Shown here: positions 1-10,292 of the stretch, piece after piece
Layout: every line of letters starts with the position of its first letter
Numbering within the stretch: the stretch's first letter is position 1
Assembly (NCBI GenBank): GCA_963785725.1
Contig: CAWAWS010000002.1
Coordinates: 32,001 to 96,000 of the forward strand
Reading direction: 5' to 3'
Length of the DNA: 64,000 nt
Source of the DNA: an uncultured delta proteobacterium
Lineage (GTDB): Bacteria; Myxococcota_A; Polyangia; Palsa-1104
Program-made: the position numbers and the translations under genes
Notes under the pieces: model-generated
The model's input: the letters and a program-made list of their open reading frames with translations, nothing else
Databases searched by the model: none
What the model was told of the DNA's origin: nothing

Positions 1-54
1 CACCGCTTGCGCCTGCCGCGTGTCTTCGATACGCAGTGCGACAAAATGCCCTAG

Positions 55-300
55 CTACGCTTGACCGACTTGACTGTGATAGACGCGCAAGAGCGGCACA
101 TTGCGATTGACGACAATCAAGTCACTAAAGCCGTCGCGATCGAGGTCGGCCACGGCCATCGCCCGCGCGTCTTCGACCCATCGGCCCCCGACAGATACGA
201 GAGTTCGACGACGTCTTTGGCCGCGCGCGACACGAACATGCGATCGCGCTCGCGCCCCGACAAATCCATACGCGACGCCGCGCACGGACCGTTACCCATA
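55..300 (-). pseudogene. FG-GAP/CRTAC1 (ASPIC-UnbV)-like fragment, frameshifted
   Basis: DLSGRERDRMF...ELSYLSGADG (ORF 117..422) continues in another frame as DARAMAVADLDRDGFSDLIVVN (ORF 55..285), a DxDxDGxxD FG-GAP motif. Confidence 0.5.
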
Positions 301-769
301 TCCGCGTCTACAATGCCGGCCAAATGACGACGACCGAAGTTCACGCGCCGCCCTATGCGCCTTGCTGGAGCCGCGATGACACGAATGACAGCGGCGTCAT
401 GCACGTGTGCATCGGCAATCAAGTCGCATTGTCGATACGCCGACGAGAGCTAATGTCGCCGTGTATTCGGCGAGCATGATGATCGGCCAGCCGGGCGCCA
501 TGCAGCCGGGGTGGACGCCGATTGGTACGGCGGCGTCATTTACCGCCCCGCTGACGCGTCAAGGTTATCGCGGTTGGAAGAGCGAGCTCTTCACCGGCAT
601 CAAAGTCAGCGAGACGGTCACTGGCGGCGGCCTACCGACTGCCGCGTTGCACGACATCACGCTCAACGATCTTCCCTTCCAGGAAGGCGCGACGTCGACT
701 GCGCGCGTGGTCGATCTGTCTTACTAAGCCCCATTAAGAGCCGCGTCGAGGCCTGTCAGGGCGCGCTGC

Positions 770-2287
770 TTACCAACTCCCTCTCGCCCACTCCAGGAAC
801 GTCAAATCAGCGCCGAAGACTGCCTTCAGTCGCGCGCGGCTATTGCGGAAGAGGCTGAACGTCGCCGGCGCGATCACAATGAGCCCCTCGGACACGTGCA
901 GCAGCGCCCAGTGCCCGATCTGCCCGCCATCGGCGCAGCTCCAAGCAACGTCGACCGGATAGTAGGCAACGAGCGAGATGAGGAAGATTCCCGCCGGCCG
1001 TCGCAGCGCCGGGTGCAAATAGGGCAGGAGCGGCAAGAGCGACAGGAGGTACCACGACTGCGAGAACGCGTGCAGATAGAGGTAGTACAAAAACAGGAAC
1101 GCCCCCGCCCAGCCGAGATAGCGACGGTCGCTGGCGGCGCGCCACGCGACATAGCCGAGCCAGAGGACGGCGGCGGCGCGGAAGGCGAGGTTGATCGCGA
1201 ACGCGGCCGTCGGCAGGTGCAGCAGCCAGAAGAGAAGCGCGCGCGGTAGACACTCGACCGAGCGCACGCAGACCTCGCCGCTGCTGGTTTGAGTCAAGAG
1301 CCTGCGCACCGTCGGCGAGCGGCGGACGATGGCTGGCAGGAGCGCGGCGCTGGCCGCGGCTCCCGCGGCCAGGACGCCGAGGACGATCGCCAACCGTGCC
1401 CGACGTGTACGCTCGCCGAGGCGTAAGGCGACGGCGAGCCAGGTCAAGCCGAGCAGCAAGAGGAGCAAGATCGCCGAGTCCTTGACGAGCAGGCCCGACG
1501 CGAGGGCCACAACGGCCCAACCGTGCCGCCGCTCGGCTCGGGCCAGCGCGGCCAGGGCGACAGAGACAGCCAGCAAGGCATCGTTATGCCCGCTCAGCGT
1601 CCCTTCGACGACGGCGAGCGGGCAAAAAAGCACGAGCGCAGCCGCGCGGGCCCCGGCGCCGGCGCCATCGGGCGTTGCCAGCCGGGGCGACTCGCCGTTA
1701 TCGCGAGCGCGCTCCACGGCGCGAGCCGTCAGCGCAGCCGTCGCCAGCATGCAGGCTGCGCCAAGGAGCTGATAGAGCCGCAGCGCGCGGCCAAGCTCGT
1801 CGCCGGCGAGCCGATCGACGACGGCCGTCAGCGCGTCGAAGCCGCGCTCGTAGGCGCTCGGCAGGTCGCGCCACGCCGGCTGCACGTGCTGCAAAAACGG
1901 ATCGCCCGGTGGCAGCGCCGCGCTCAGCGGCAGGCGCGGATCGCCGTGACGTGTCGTCCGCGCGTGGCCGAGCGCCGCGTAATACAGCGGATCTTCGGAC
2001 AAGAACAGCGGGCTCGCGCACGCGATGACATGCGGCAGGAGCCCAGCCACGAGCAGCGGGCCTAGCCGGCGGGCGCTCGCGGCTAGGCGCAGCCAGGCTA
2101 TGGTGAGGAGCGCGATGCCCGCCAGGTAGCCGATCCACAGCGGCCATGTCGTCCACGGCGAAGGCCACTCGGCGCAGCGCACGGCATCGATGCGATAACG
2201 CTGAGCCGGCAGCGTCACCAAAAGCGCACCACAACCACTCATCAAGACATAGGGCCAGACGGCCGGTCGTGCGTCGCCGCGAGTCAT
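770..2287 (-). CDS. GT-C fold multi-TM glycosyltransferase (MptA/MptB-like, polyprenol-P-sugar dependent)
   Basis: Many TM helices; motifs FLSEDPLYYAALG, SAY, SGHNDALL, QSWYLL; ATG 2287 overlaps the upstream stop (ATGA). Confidence 0.75.
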   Translation of the reverse strand: MTRGDARPAVWPYVLMSGCGALLVTLPAQRYRIDAVRCAEWPSPWTTWPLWIGYLAGIALLTIAWLRLAASARRLGPLLVAGLLPHVIACASPLFLSEDPLYYAALGHARTTRHGDPRLPLSAALPPGDPFLQHVQPAWRDLPSAYERGFDALTAVVDRLAGDELGRALRLYQLLGAACMLATAALTARAVERARDNGESPRLATPDGAGAGARAAALVLFCPLAVVEGTLSGHNDALLAVSVALAALARAERRHGWAVVALASGLLVKDSAILLLLLLGLTWLAVALRLGERTRRARLAIVLGVLAAGAAASAALLPAIVRRSPTVRRLLTQTSSGEVCVRSVECLPRALLFWLLHLPTAAFAINLAFRAAAVLWLGYVAWRAASDRRYLGWAGAFLFLYYLYLHAFSQSWYLLSLLPLLPYLHPALRRPAGIFLISLVAYYPVDVAWSCADGGQIGHWALLHVSEGLIVIAPATFSLFRNSRARLKAVFGADLTFLEWARGSW

Positions 2288-3408
2288 CGACGAGAGCTCG
2301 CAAGGCGACCGGCGCTCACGACAGCGCGCGCGTACAACGCTTCGTGCCGCTCGAGGCAGCGCGGCCAGGTGAAGCGATCGAGGTTGCGCGGCGCTGCCTC
2401 CGACATGCGACGGCGCAGCTCGGCATCCGCGATGAGGCGAACGATGGCGGCAACCAGCTCCTCCGAGCTGCGCGCGTGGAGGCCATGCACTCCATCGTCG
2501 ACCACCTCGGCGACGCCGCTCGGAACCCGCGCGACAACGGGCAGACCGGCGGCGCGCGCCTCGATGGCGACGATCGACAGCGCCTCGCGCGCGCTCGGCA
2601 CGACGAAGAGCGCGGCGCGCGTCAGCAGCTCGGCGATGGCCGGTCGCGGCAGAAAGCCGGGCAGCTCGACGTGCTCGCCGACACCCAGCCGCGCCACCTC
2701 GCGCTCGACGCGCCGCCGCTCGGGCCCGTCGCCGACGAGCGTGAACTTGGGCCACGACGCCCGCGGCAAGCGCGCGAGCACCTCCGGCACGAGGCGCACC
2801 AGCGCCGTCGGCTGCTTGCGCAACGTGAAGCGCATGGCGCTGACCACACGCAGCTCACCTTCTGGCGGGCGCGCATTGCGCCAGCGATCGAGGTGAGCGG
2901 CGTTGAGGATGACCTCGACGTCGTTGCGCCCCGTCACCTGCGCCAGCTCGGCCGCGACGTACTCGGAGACCGCGCTCGTGATCGTCGGCCAGCTGCCCCA
3001 GCCGCACGCGCGGTTGAGGAGCGACAGCATCACGCCGCCCACGCCATGCAGCACCGAATGCAGCGTGAATAGGCTGGCCACACCGAGCTTGTGCGCCAGG
3101 AACGTGGCCGCGTGCGCCAGCGGCGAGAAGATGCAGTGCGCGTGCACGAGGTCGAAGCGCCCCGCCCGCAAGATGGCCTCCAGCCGACCGACGGCCAGCG
3201 GGCTCGCCGCGCGATACAGGACCCGCGGCGTCGCGATGCGATGCACGGTGAAGATCTCGTCATCAGGCGCGCCGGGAGTGGCGCAGATCACGTGCACCTC
3301 GTGTCCGCGCAGCGTCAGCTCGTGCGCCAAATCATGCAGGTAGAGCTCGAGGCCCCCGAAAATCGGCAGGTACTTATCGGTCACCAACGCGATCCGGTAT
3401 TTCGTCAT
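2284..3408 (-). CDS. Glycosyltransferase family 4 (PIG-A/PimA-like)
   Basis: YLPIFGGLE..LAHELTLRGHEVHV, DLVHAH, and the EX7E motif EALSIVAIEARAAGLPVV. Confidence 0.92.
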   Translation of the reverse strand: MTKYRIALVTDKYLPIFGGLELYLHDLAHELTLRGHEVHVICATPGAPDDEIFTVHRIATPRVLYRAASPLAVGRLEAILRAGRFDLVHAHCIFSPLAHAATFLAHKLGVASLFTLHSVLHGVGGVMLSLLNRACGWGSWPTITSAVSEYVAAELAQVTGRNDVEVILNAAHLDRWRNARPPEGELRVVSAMRFTLRKQPTALVRLVPEVLARLPRASWPKFTLVGDGPERRRVEREVARLGVGEHVELPGFLPRPAIAELLTRAALFVVPSAREALSIVAIEARAAGLPVVARVPSGVAEVVDDGVHGLHARSSEELVAAIVRLIADAELRRRMSEAAPRNLDRFTWPRCLERHEALYARAVVSAGRLASSRR

Positions 3409-3434
3409 CGCCGGGCCTCGGGCATGATGCACGC

Positions 3435-4412
3435 ATGTTCGAGCGGCGCGCGGCGGACGGCGGCGAAATCCCGCGGCTGGTCGCGATCGAGACGACGAGT
3501 CGCTGCAACGCTTCCTGCTCGTTCTGCCCCTACCCGGCCAAGGAGACGGCCAAGAGCGCGATGGATCAGGCGCTCTTCGAGAAGATCATCGAGGACTGCC
3601 GCGCCTTTCCGCTCGCGAAGATCGAGCCGCTGCTCAACGGCGAGCCCTTCGTCGACCCGCGCATCGTCGAGCGCCTCGAGCACATTCGTCGCCGCTTGCC
3701 CAAAGCGACGCTGCACCTCGTCACCAATGGCAACGCCATGACGAAACGTCGCATCGACGAGCTGGTGGCGATAGGCGGCGTCGATCGGCTCATCGTCAGT
3801 CTCAACTGCCTCGACGCGGCCACCTATCGCGCGGTGATGGGCCTCGACCTCGAGCGCACGCTCGAGCATCTGCGGTACGCGCTCGATCCGGCGCGGCGCC
3901 AACGCGTCGCCGGGCGCATCTACGTGCGCATGGTGCGGCGGCCGGAGTCGACGCTGGCCGAGCAGAATCGCTTCCTCGACTTCTGTCGCCAAGCGCGCGT
4001 CCGCCCGCTCATCGTCGGGCAGCACAACTACAAGGGCGACATCGACTCCGACTTGCCCGTGCCCTCGTATCCCTGCCAGATGCTCGATCGTCTCGACATC
4101 TTGCACGACGGGCGCGTCGCCTTGTGCTGCTCCGACGCCGAAGGACGTCACTCGTGGGGCGACGTGCGCACACACTCTGTGCTGGAGGTCTTTCGCGGTG
4201 CCGTCGCCAGCCGCTACCGCGACATGCATCGCAGCGGGCGCCGGCGCGAGATCGCGCCCTGCGGGGATTGCAACCTCGTCTGGCCGGGGCTGACCGGCAT
4301 GCCCGTCGGACGCACGCTGGCGTCGGCCGCCGAGTTCGCCGGCTACCTCGTGCGTCATCGTCCGCTCGGTCGCCGCGCGCCGGCCCGCCATCGCCTCGCC
4401 GTCATCGATTAG
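3435..4412 (+). CDS. Radical SAM protein with SPASM/twitch domain
   Basis: CNASCSFC motif, NGEP, VTNG, C-terminal PC...DGRVALCC...PCGDC. Confidence 0.9.
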   Translation: MFERRAADGGEIPRLVAIETTSRCNASCSFCPYPAKETAKSAMDQALFEKIIEDCRAFPLAKIEPLLNGEPFVDPRIVERLEHIRRRLPKATLHLVTNGNAMTKRRIDELVAIGGVDRLIVSLNCLDAATYRAVMGLDLERTLEHLRYALDPARRQRVAGRIYVRMVRRPESTLAEQNRFLDFCRQARVRPLIVGQHNYKGDIDSDLPVPSYPCQMLDRLDILHDGRVALCCSDAEGRHSWGDVRTHSVLEVFRGAVASRYRDMHRSGRRREIAPCGDCNLVWPGLTGMPVGRTLASAAEFAGYLVRHRPLGRRAPARHRLAVID

Positions 4413-5020
4413 TCGCGCCATTCCTCGGCGCGTGTTGGCGACCGCCAGGCGAGCTCGGGGCTGCGGAGCCGCCACAGCCGCGCCGCCGAGAAGAGCTTGA
4501 CCACGCTCAGCGCCAGCGTCGCCGCGATGGCACAGCCCGGCGCGTGGCTCAGAATGAGGCAGGTCACCAAGCCCGTGTTGACGAGCTTGGCCGGCAGCGA
4601 CCAGTTGAGCCGCCAGATGAGGCCATCGACGCAATGGAAGTCGTTCGGCGAGACGATGTCCCAGCGCAGAAACTGATTGGACAGATATTGATCGAGCAGC
4701 ATGAACTGCAGGAAAAAGAGCGCGATCGGCCAGACCAGCTCGTGATGCCAGGACAGGTAGTTCATGTAGAAGAGCGCGACCAGGAGGCGGTCGGACAGGA
4801 TGTCGAACTGGGCGCCGAGTCGCGTCTCCTGGTGCAGCCGGCGCGCCAGGTAGCCGTCGAGCACGTCGAGCAGCCAATAGGTAGCGAGGCCGGCCAGGTT
4901 CCAGCGCGCGCTTTGCCGGGTCGCGGCCACCGAGAAGAGCGCGACGCAGACGAGCGTGCGCAGCGCGGTGACGGCGTTGGCCCAGGTGGCGACGGACTCG
5001 GGATGGCGCGGCGAGGTCAT
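4409..5020 (-). CDS. CDP-alcohol phosphatidyltransferase family protein
   Basis: Signature DVLDGYLARRLHQETRLGAQFDILSD; ATG 5020 overlaps the upstream stop. Confidence 0.9.
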   Translation of the reverse strand: MTSPRHPESVATWANAVTALRTLVCVALFSVAATRQSARWNLAGLATYWLLDVLDGYLARRLHQETRLGAQFDILSDRLLVALFYMNYLSWHHELVWPIALFFLQFMLLDQYLSNQFLRWDIVSPNDFHCVDGLIWRLNWSLPAKLVNTGLVTCLILSHAPGCAIAATLALSVVKLFSAARLWRLRSPELAWRSPTRAEEWRD

Positions 5021-5925
5021 CTGGGCGTGTCCTGCGCGCGCCAGCCGTCGAGCTGGCTGGCCGAGCGCACGCAGCCGAGCGTACAGGCATCCTGACACGA
5101 CTTGTAGGCGTAGAACTGCGTGCGCAGATCGGCGAGCGTGTACTGCACTAGCGGCTTGGCGAAGGCGGCGCGCGTTTGCGAGCACCAGCTGACGAGGCCC
5201 TCTTCGTCGACGTAGAGATAGCGGCTACCCGCGCGGCATTTGAACGGCGCAGCGCCCTCGCGGATGAGCTGGGCGCGATAGTCGCCGAAGTCCATCCAGG
5301 TGCGCGGCAAGGTCGCGGTGACCTCGTCGAAGACGCGGCGCTCGTCGGCGCCGAGCTCGAGCCGGCCGTCGCCGGCGTGGACGAGCAGCACGCGCGGCGT
5401 GAAACCGAGCTGCCGCACGTAGTCGATGACGGCAGCCACTTCCTCGGGCGGGCACGCGCCGATGACGCCGCTGACGGTGACGTGGAATCGGGCGTGCTCG
5501 CGCAGCCAGCCGAGCCGCTTGCGCAGCCGATCGAGGACCTTCTCCGTCGTGGCGTTGGCGTGGACGCCGTCGATCGAGATCTGCAGCTCTTGCAGCCCAG
5601 CGTCGTCGAGCGACTGAATGAGCGCCGGCGTCAGGAGCAGCCCGTTCGAGATGATTCCCGTACGCACGAAGCCGAGCTGACGGCAGCGACGGACGATCGC
5701 CGGCAGATCGGGATGCAGCGTCGGCTCGCCGCCCGAGAGGCTGATGCCGAAGGTGCCGAGCGCGCGAAGCTGCGTCAGCCGCTCGTCGAGCAGCGCCCGC
5801 GGGACCGGAGCGCTCGTGCGGTCGTATTCGTTGCAGTAACCGCAGGCCAGGTTGCAGCGACGGGTGACGATGACGTTGGCGACGAAGGGGCTATAGCGCA
5901 GGCGCGTCAACAGGCTCACCGGCAT
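5017..5925 (-). CDS. Radical SAM protein
   Basis: CNLACGYC motif, SGGEP, ISIDG, C-terminal CRAG...C...CQDACTLGC. Confidence 0.9.
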   Translation of the reverse strand: MPVSLLTRLRYSPFVANVIVTRRCNLACGYCNEYDRTSAPVPRALLDERLTQLRALGTFGISLSGGEPTLHPDLPAIVRRCRQLGFVRTGIISNGLLLTPALIQSLDDAGLQELQISIDGVHANATTEKVLDRLRKRLGWLREHARFHVTVSGVIGACPPEEVAAVIDYVRQLGFTPRVLLVHAGDGRLELGADERRVFDEVTATLPRTWMDFGDYRAQLIREGAAPFKCRAGSRYLYVDEEGLVSWCSQTRAAFAKPLVQYTLADLRTQFYAYKSCQDACTLGCVRSASQLDGWRAQDTPR

Positions 5926-8345
5926 GCGCGCCTCCGCGCCAGCAGCGGCAGGACGACGAGCGCGGCCAAGAGGCAAGCGGCCTCGCCCAGGTCGGCGACG
6001 AGCCCGAACGACCGCAGCGCGCGGTTCCGCGACAGGAGCAGCGAGCTGTAGCCGATGATCGTGGTCAACGAGCAGAGCGCGACGGCCGAGCCAGTGTCGC
6101 CGAGAATCGCCGCCGCGCAGTCGGGCCGGAGGCGCAAGCGCGCCCACAAGTTCGCCGCGTAGTCGGCGCCGACCCCGAGCGTGATCGGCAGCGCCACGAA
6201 GTTCATGAAGTTGATCTTGAGCCCGAGCGCACCGCCGGCACCGCCGAGCCAGACGAGGCCGATCACGAGCGCGAGCGCGACGGGCGCGACGTCACGCGGC
6301 CCGAACGACAAGAGCAGCACCAGCGCCACGCCGAAGAGCGCGGCCAGCGTCACGCGCGGCCCTTGAGCGATGACGCTTTCCATCATGCCGGCGAACACCG
6401 TGACCGCGGAGGCCGCGACCCAGTGACGACCGAGCGCGTCCACTTGCAGCGCGCGCGCCAGCCGCAAGATGTCGTGGCCATTCCAGTCGTAGTACGTCGC
6501 GCGATCGACGTCGATGCCCACGAGTCGCCCGCGCTGGCCGTCGCGCTCGGTAAAGGCGTCACGAATCTGCCGTGGCAGATCGTCGACCGTGAGCAGCCGC
6601 AGCGTCTCGGGTGGACGCCACGCCGCCAGCTCCGTCCCGAGGGCGTCGCGGTGGCGATCGAGCGTGCGCCGAATCTTGGCCAGCAGCGCCAGCTTGGCCG
6701 GCTGATCGGCAGGCAGCATCGAGCTCAGCGTGCGCACCGCGGCCAAGACGTGCGCCGGCCCGAGCGCGGCGTCGGCTGCCTTCATGGCCGCGGCCACGGC
6801 GTCGGCTTGCGCCGGCTCGTCGACGAGCAGCACGCCTTTGTTGCCGATGTAGCCGGCGCTGACGTCGCCCAAGCCCAGCGCTTCCATCTTGGGCCATAGC
6901 CGCTGCGACGGAGTCGCCTCGCTGCGCAGCCGATCGAGGTTCCACTCGAGCGGATCGCGCGCGACCCGGATGAGCGGCCCGAGCGCCGCCGCCAGCAGCG
7001 CCGCCACGACGAGCGCCGTCAGCGCCGAGCGACGTTGCACGGCGGCGCCCAGGGCCGCGAACGGACGGCGCCACGCATTGCGCCGAGGTGTAAGTCGACC
7101 CGGCCAGCGACGCTCGCCAAAGAGCACGAGCGGCGGCACGAGCGCGAACGTCGCCAGCCAGACCAGCAGCATGCCGCCGCCACCGATGATCCCGAACTGA
7201 TTGAAGCCGCGAAAGCTCGTCAACGTGAGGCAGCCGTATGCGACCGACGCCGCCGCCATCGCCGTCAGCGTGCCCACGAACGTCTCCTCGAGCGCCGTCG
7301 TCAACGCCGTGGTGACGGCAACCGTCGCCCCCCGCCGCTCTTCGCCATATCGCGCCAACAAGACAATCGGCGAGTTGATGCCGTTGCCGAGAATGATCGA
7401 GATGAGAAACGCCGTGTTGAGGTTGAGATAGCGGATACCGATCGAGGCCAATGCCAGCGCCAAGAGCAGGCCCAGCACGGCCGGCGCACCGATGACGACG
7501 AGCAGCGCCCAGCGGCGAAAGTAGAGTTGGATCGCGAGCAGAACCAGCGCGAAGCAGACCACCGTGGCCAGCGTCAGGTCGGCGCGAATGCCGTCCTGCT
7601 CGTCGATGGCCTGGGCGATGCCGCCGCTGAATTCGACGACCATGTGTGGATCGAAGCGGCGTGGATCGACGGCAGCCACGGCGGCCTGCACGGCGCGCAG
7701 CGCCTCGCGGTCGCCGCTGGAGGCGATGCCGCCGAGGCCGCGCCACAAGAGGGCGCCGAGGTAGCGCTGGCCATCGATGGTGCGCTCGAACCAGCTCGAC
7801 TGCGGCAGCGCGGGTAGCCGCTGCTCGCGCTCCTGGCGCAGTCGCTCGAGCTCGGCCGCGGGGTCGCCGTCCAAGTCGAGCGCCAGCGGGTTGAGCCGGC
7901 GGGCGACGACGCGATCGAGCAGCTCATCGGCGCGTCGGAGGTCGGCGAGGTCGGCATAGAGCCACTTTTGCTGCGCAGCGAACTCCGGCAGCTCGCGGTC
8001 GGGCCGCCACTCGATTTCGGAGAACGTCGTCGGCACGAGCTTCTGCAGCCGGGGCGCCAGCTCGCGAACAAAGGCGCGGTCTGCCTCGGCCGACGGGCTG
8101 CGGACGAGCAGCACGAGGTTGGAGGCGCTCTTTTGATGGGCGGCCATCTCCCGCAACGCCAACACGGCCGGGTGATGGTCGGGCAGTAGCTCGGTCATGT
8201 CGGTGTGCAGCTCGAGACGCAGGGCGAAGGCGAGCGATAGTAGCGCCAACAGTCCGAGCCCGGCGAGCAACGCTACGTCGTGGCGCGCCGCGAAGGCGAC
8301 GTAACGCGCGAACGGCCGGCTCGGCAGAGATGGGCGGCGCGACAA
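5916..8345 (-). CDS. MMPL/RND lipid transporter (HpnN-like)
   Basis: Two repeated TM bundles, with IILGNGINSPI and ITLGVGADYA motifs; TTG start 8345 is inferred. Confidence 0.85.
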   Translation of the reverse strand: MSRRPSLPSRPFARYVAFAARHDVALLAGLGLLALLSLAFALRLELHTDMTELLPDHHPAVLALREMAAHQKSASNLVLLVRSPSAEADRAFVRELAPRLQKLVPTTFSEIEWRPDRELPEFAAQQKWLYADLADLRRADELLDRVVARRLNPLALDLDGDPAAELERLRQEREQRLPALPQSSWFERTIDGQRYLGALLWRGLGGIASSGDREALRAVQAAVAAVDPRRFDPHMVVEFSGGIAQAIDEQDGIRADLTLATVVCFALVLLAIQLYFRRWALLVVIGAPAVLGLLLALALASIGIRYLNLNTAFLISIILGNGINSPIVLLARYGEERRGATVAVTTALTTALEETFVGTLTAMAAASVAYGCLTLTSFRGFNQFGIIGGGGMLLVWLATFALVPPLVLFGERRWPGRLTPRRNAWRRPFAALGAAVQRRSALTALVVAALLAAALGPLIRVARDPLEWNLDRLRSEATPSQRLWPKMEALGLGDVSAGYIGNKGVLLVDEPAQADAVAAAMKAADAALGPAHVLAAVRTLSSMLPADQPAKLALLAKIRRTLDRHRDALGTELAAWRPPETLRLLTVDDLPRQIRDAFTERDGQRGRLVGIDVDRATYYDWNGHDILRLARALQVDALGRHWVAASAVTVFAGMMESVIAQGPRVTLAALFGVALVLLLSFGPRDVAPVALALVIGLVWLGGAGGALGLKINFMNFVALPITLGVGADYAANLWARLRLRPDCAAAILGDTGSAVALCSLTTIIGYSSLLLSRNRALRSFGLVADLGEAACLLAALVVLPLLARRRACR

Positions 8346-8622
8346 TGTAGACGCACCGTCGCACGAATGGGCCCAACGGCCAAGGTCGCCGTGCACATCG
8401 AGCGTGCGTTCGCGCACAAGCGCGACGACGTGCCTCCGGCGGAGGTTGTCGACCTCGTGCTGCAGACCAAGCTGACGCACGCGGGGAAGCAGGATTTGGC
8501 GGCTTATTTTGCGCGCGCTCTCGCCGAGCCTGCTCGGCGCGCGTCACAGCGCAGGCAGGACCAGCGACGCGAGCGGTCGTCGAACGCGCAGAGCGGCAGC
8601 GGCGCGTCGTGGCCGAGGAAAC

Positions 8623-8988
8623 TCACGAAGCGGCAGCTCCGCCGCAGCCTCTGGCTCTCAGCGAGCGCGAGCGCGAGCGCGAGCGCAGCGGCGCGCGACT
8701 TCTCCTGACACTGCCGCTTCCGGAAGAACACTGCGACGACGGCGGCATATCAGTCGCCATAAGATCAGGCGAGGGTCCGTTTAGATCCGACTCGATCGCG
8801 GCGTCCGCGATTGCCAGGTCGGCTCGCACGGGACTACCTGATGAATTCATAAGATCGACTAACATTCCGGCGTCGGATGCAGCAGGATTCCCCAGATCAG
8901 CGCGGCCAACATCCGAGGCGCTCGGGAACCGGAGCGGACGATCGGCGCATCCCATCACGACAAGAAGAACCAATAATCTTGGAAACAA
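8623..8988 (-). CDS. Putative lipoprotein with low-complexity DL/DM linker, possibly truncated
   Basis: Hydrophobic leader ending VMGC; repeated DLG/DLA/DLM/DM units. Confidence 0.35.
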   Translation of the reverse strand: MFPRLLVLLVVMGCADRPLRFPSASDVGRADLGNPAASDAGMLVDLMNSSGSPVRADLAIADAAIESDLNGPSPDLMATDMPPSSQCSSGSGSVRRSRAPLRSRSRSRSLRARGCGGAAAS

Positions 8989-9034
8989 GGGAACTCCAGT
9001 GAGGCTGCGCGGCCTATACGGCTAGATTCGGAAT

Positions 9035-9658
9035 CTACGCAGGCGCGATGCCGAACACACTCGGAACAGCCGCCCGCGCACGTTCACGCAGTGTGGTCAA
9101 ATGAGGTCTCAAAGAATCTGTTCGAATCTTCACGAGATCAGCCAAATCCTCTTCCTGCCTACCAATCTCAGCCTCATGAAGAGGGTGATCAACAGCCTTG
9201 TCTTTGTCTGCCTTGGTTATTCTGAAAACGCCGGTTTCCCCTTTCAGAACGACGTTGGCCACAATGTATTGAAAAACAGCGTCAGAGATTCGCATGCCAG
9301 CCCAAGCCGCATCGGCTGCTTCGTTAGAACGAACGGCCAACAGCCCGTAGGCCACACTAGCCACGCAGTCGTTCGCAGCGTTAGCCCACCTGTGCTCCCA
9401 ATTACTATCGATTTGAGTTTCACATCTCTTCAGCACAGCGGCCACAGCGATGTCGTCGCGATGGCCCTGCTCTGCATAGTCCCACGTCAAACGAAGTCCC
9501 TCGCTCACAGAGATTGGATCTGGGAGAGACATCTCTTTCGTCACCAAATCGAACCATGGCAACAACCGTTCGGCGCACAGGGCAGCAAAAACGCAACGTA
9601 GGTCGGGTTGAACCTCGCTCAACTTCTTAACGACGTGATCGACCTCGAAGTTCATCAA
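9035..9658 (-). CDS. DUF416/YjaG-like protein, putative immunity protein
   Basis: FAALCAERLLP motif; low GC; lies directly downstream of a toxin-like ORF. Confidence 0.65.
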   Translation of the reverse strand: MMNFEVDHVVKKLSEVQPDLRCVFAALCAERLLPWFDLVTKEMSLPDPISVSEGLRLTWDYAEQGHRDDIAVAAVLKRCETQIDSNWEHRWANAANDCVASVAYGLLAVRSNEAADAAWAGMRISDAVFQYIVANVVLKGETGVFRITKADKDKAVDHPLHEAEIGRQEEDLADLVKIRTDSLRPHLTTLRERARAAVPSVFGIAPA

Positions 9659-9665
9659 AAGCCCT

Positions 9666-10280
9666 TTATCGCCTGCTCTTGGTTATAACATCAAAATCCG
9701 ACTCGATAAGTCTAGGGATACAAAGCCACCAGCAGAACGGGCGCGAGGTTGCAATTGCGACTCGCTCTAACTCGCCCGCGCCGCTTAAGACGACCTCCAG
9801 TATCTTACCTTCACCGTGGTCTTCGGGCAGTCTAATTGCCTGTAGACCGAGCGACTCGGCTTCCTCAATTTGAGCGGCCGTAAGATTTGAATTGCTGCCG
9901 GCGGCGACAACACCAATCTTTTGCCCCGTCCGCTCGCCGAGAAGAGTGAAATAAGCCCGGCTGCTGTTAAGAAGCCCGCTCGATTGCGCAGTTTTGCCTT
10001 CACCGTGCCACTCCCTTCGAACCAGCCGTCCCAGGCTGCGCAAAGACGGCTGTCGACATCGGCGAGCACTCGACGCGAACTGGGGAGGATATGGACAGGC
10101 TCGAGACCGAAATAGCGATGTTCGCTGGCGTTCTAATTCGCAAGGTCATCCCCCGGTTATGGCCAATGAGAGCCAGCTGCTGAGCTCGATTCGGCCTCCG
10201 CTTGCACAGACCGAACCATCAGCAAACTTCGCGATGGAGTCCACGGCGTAAATCGCTTTGGTGTTTCCAATTACCGGTTA
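9666..10280 (-). pseudogene. Orphan polymorphic-toxin tip with deaminase-like motifs, degraded 5' part
   Basis: HGEGK...IATSRPFCWWLC (HxE...PxCxxxC) in ORF 9666..10043; upstream frames are broken by stops; low GC. Confidence 0.5.
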
Positions 10281-10292
10281 GTGAAGAGCTTA

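Noticed and set aside
407..727. Possible small CDS
   Set aside because: No recognisable motif or clear start. It may be a gene fragment.
8280..8708. ORF containing a (GCGAGC)4 microsatellite at 8661-8684
   Set aside because: No recognisable domain, and short GC repeats are expected in this composition.
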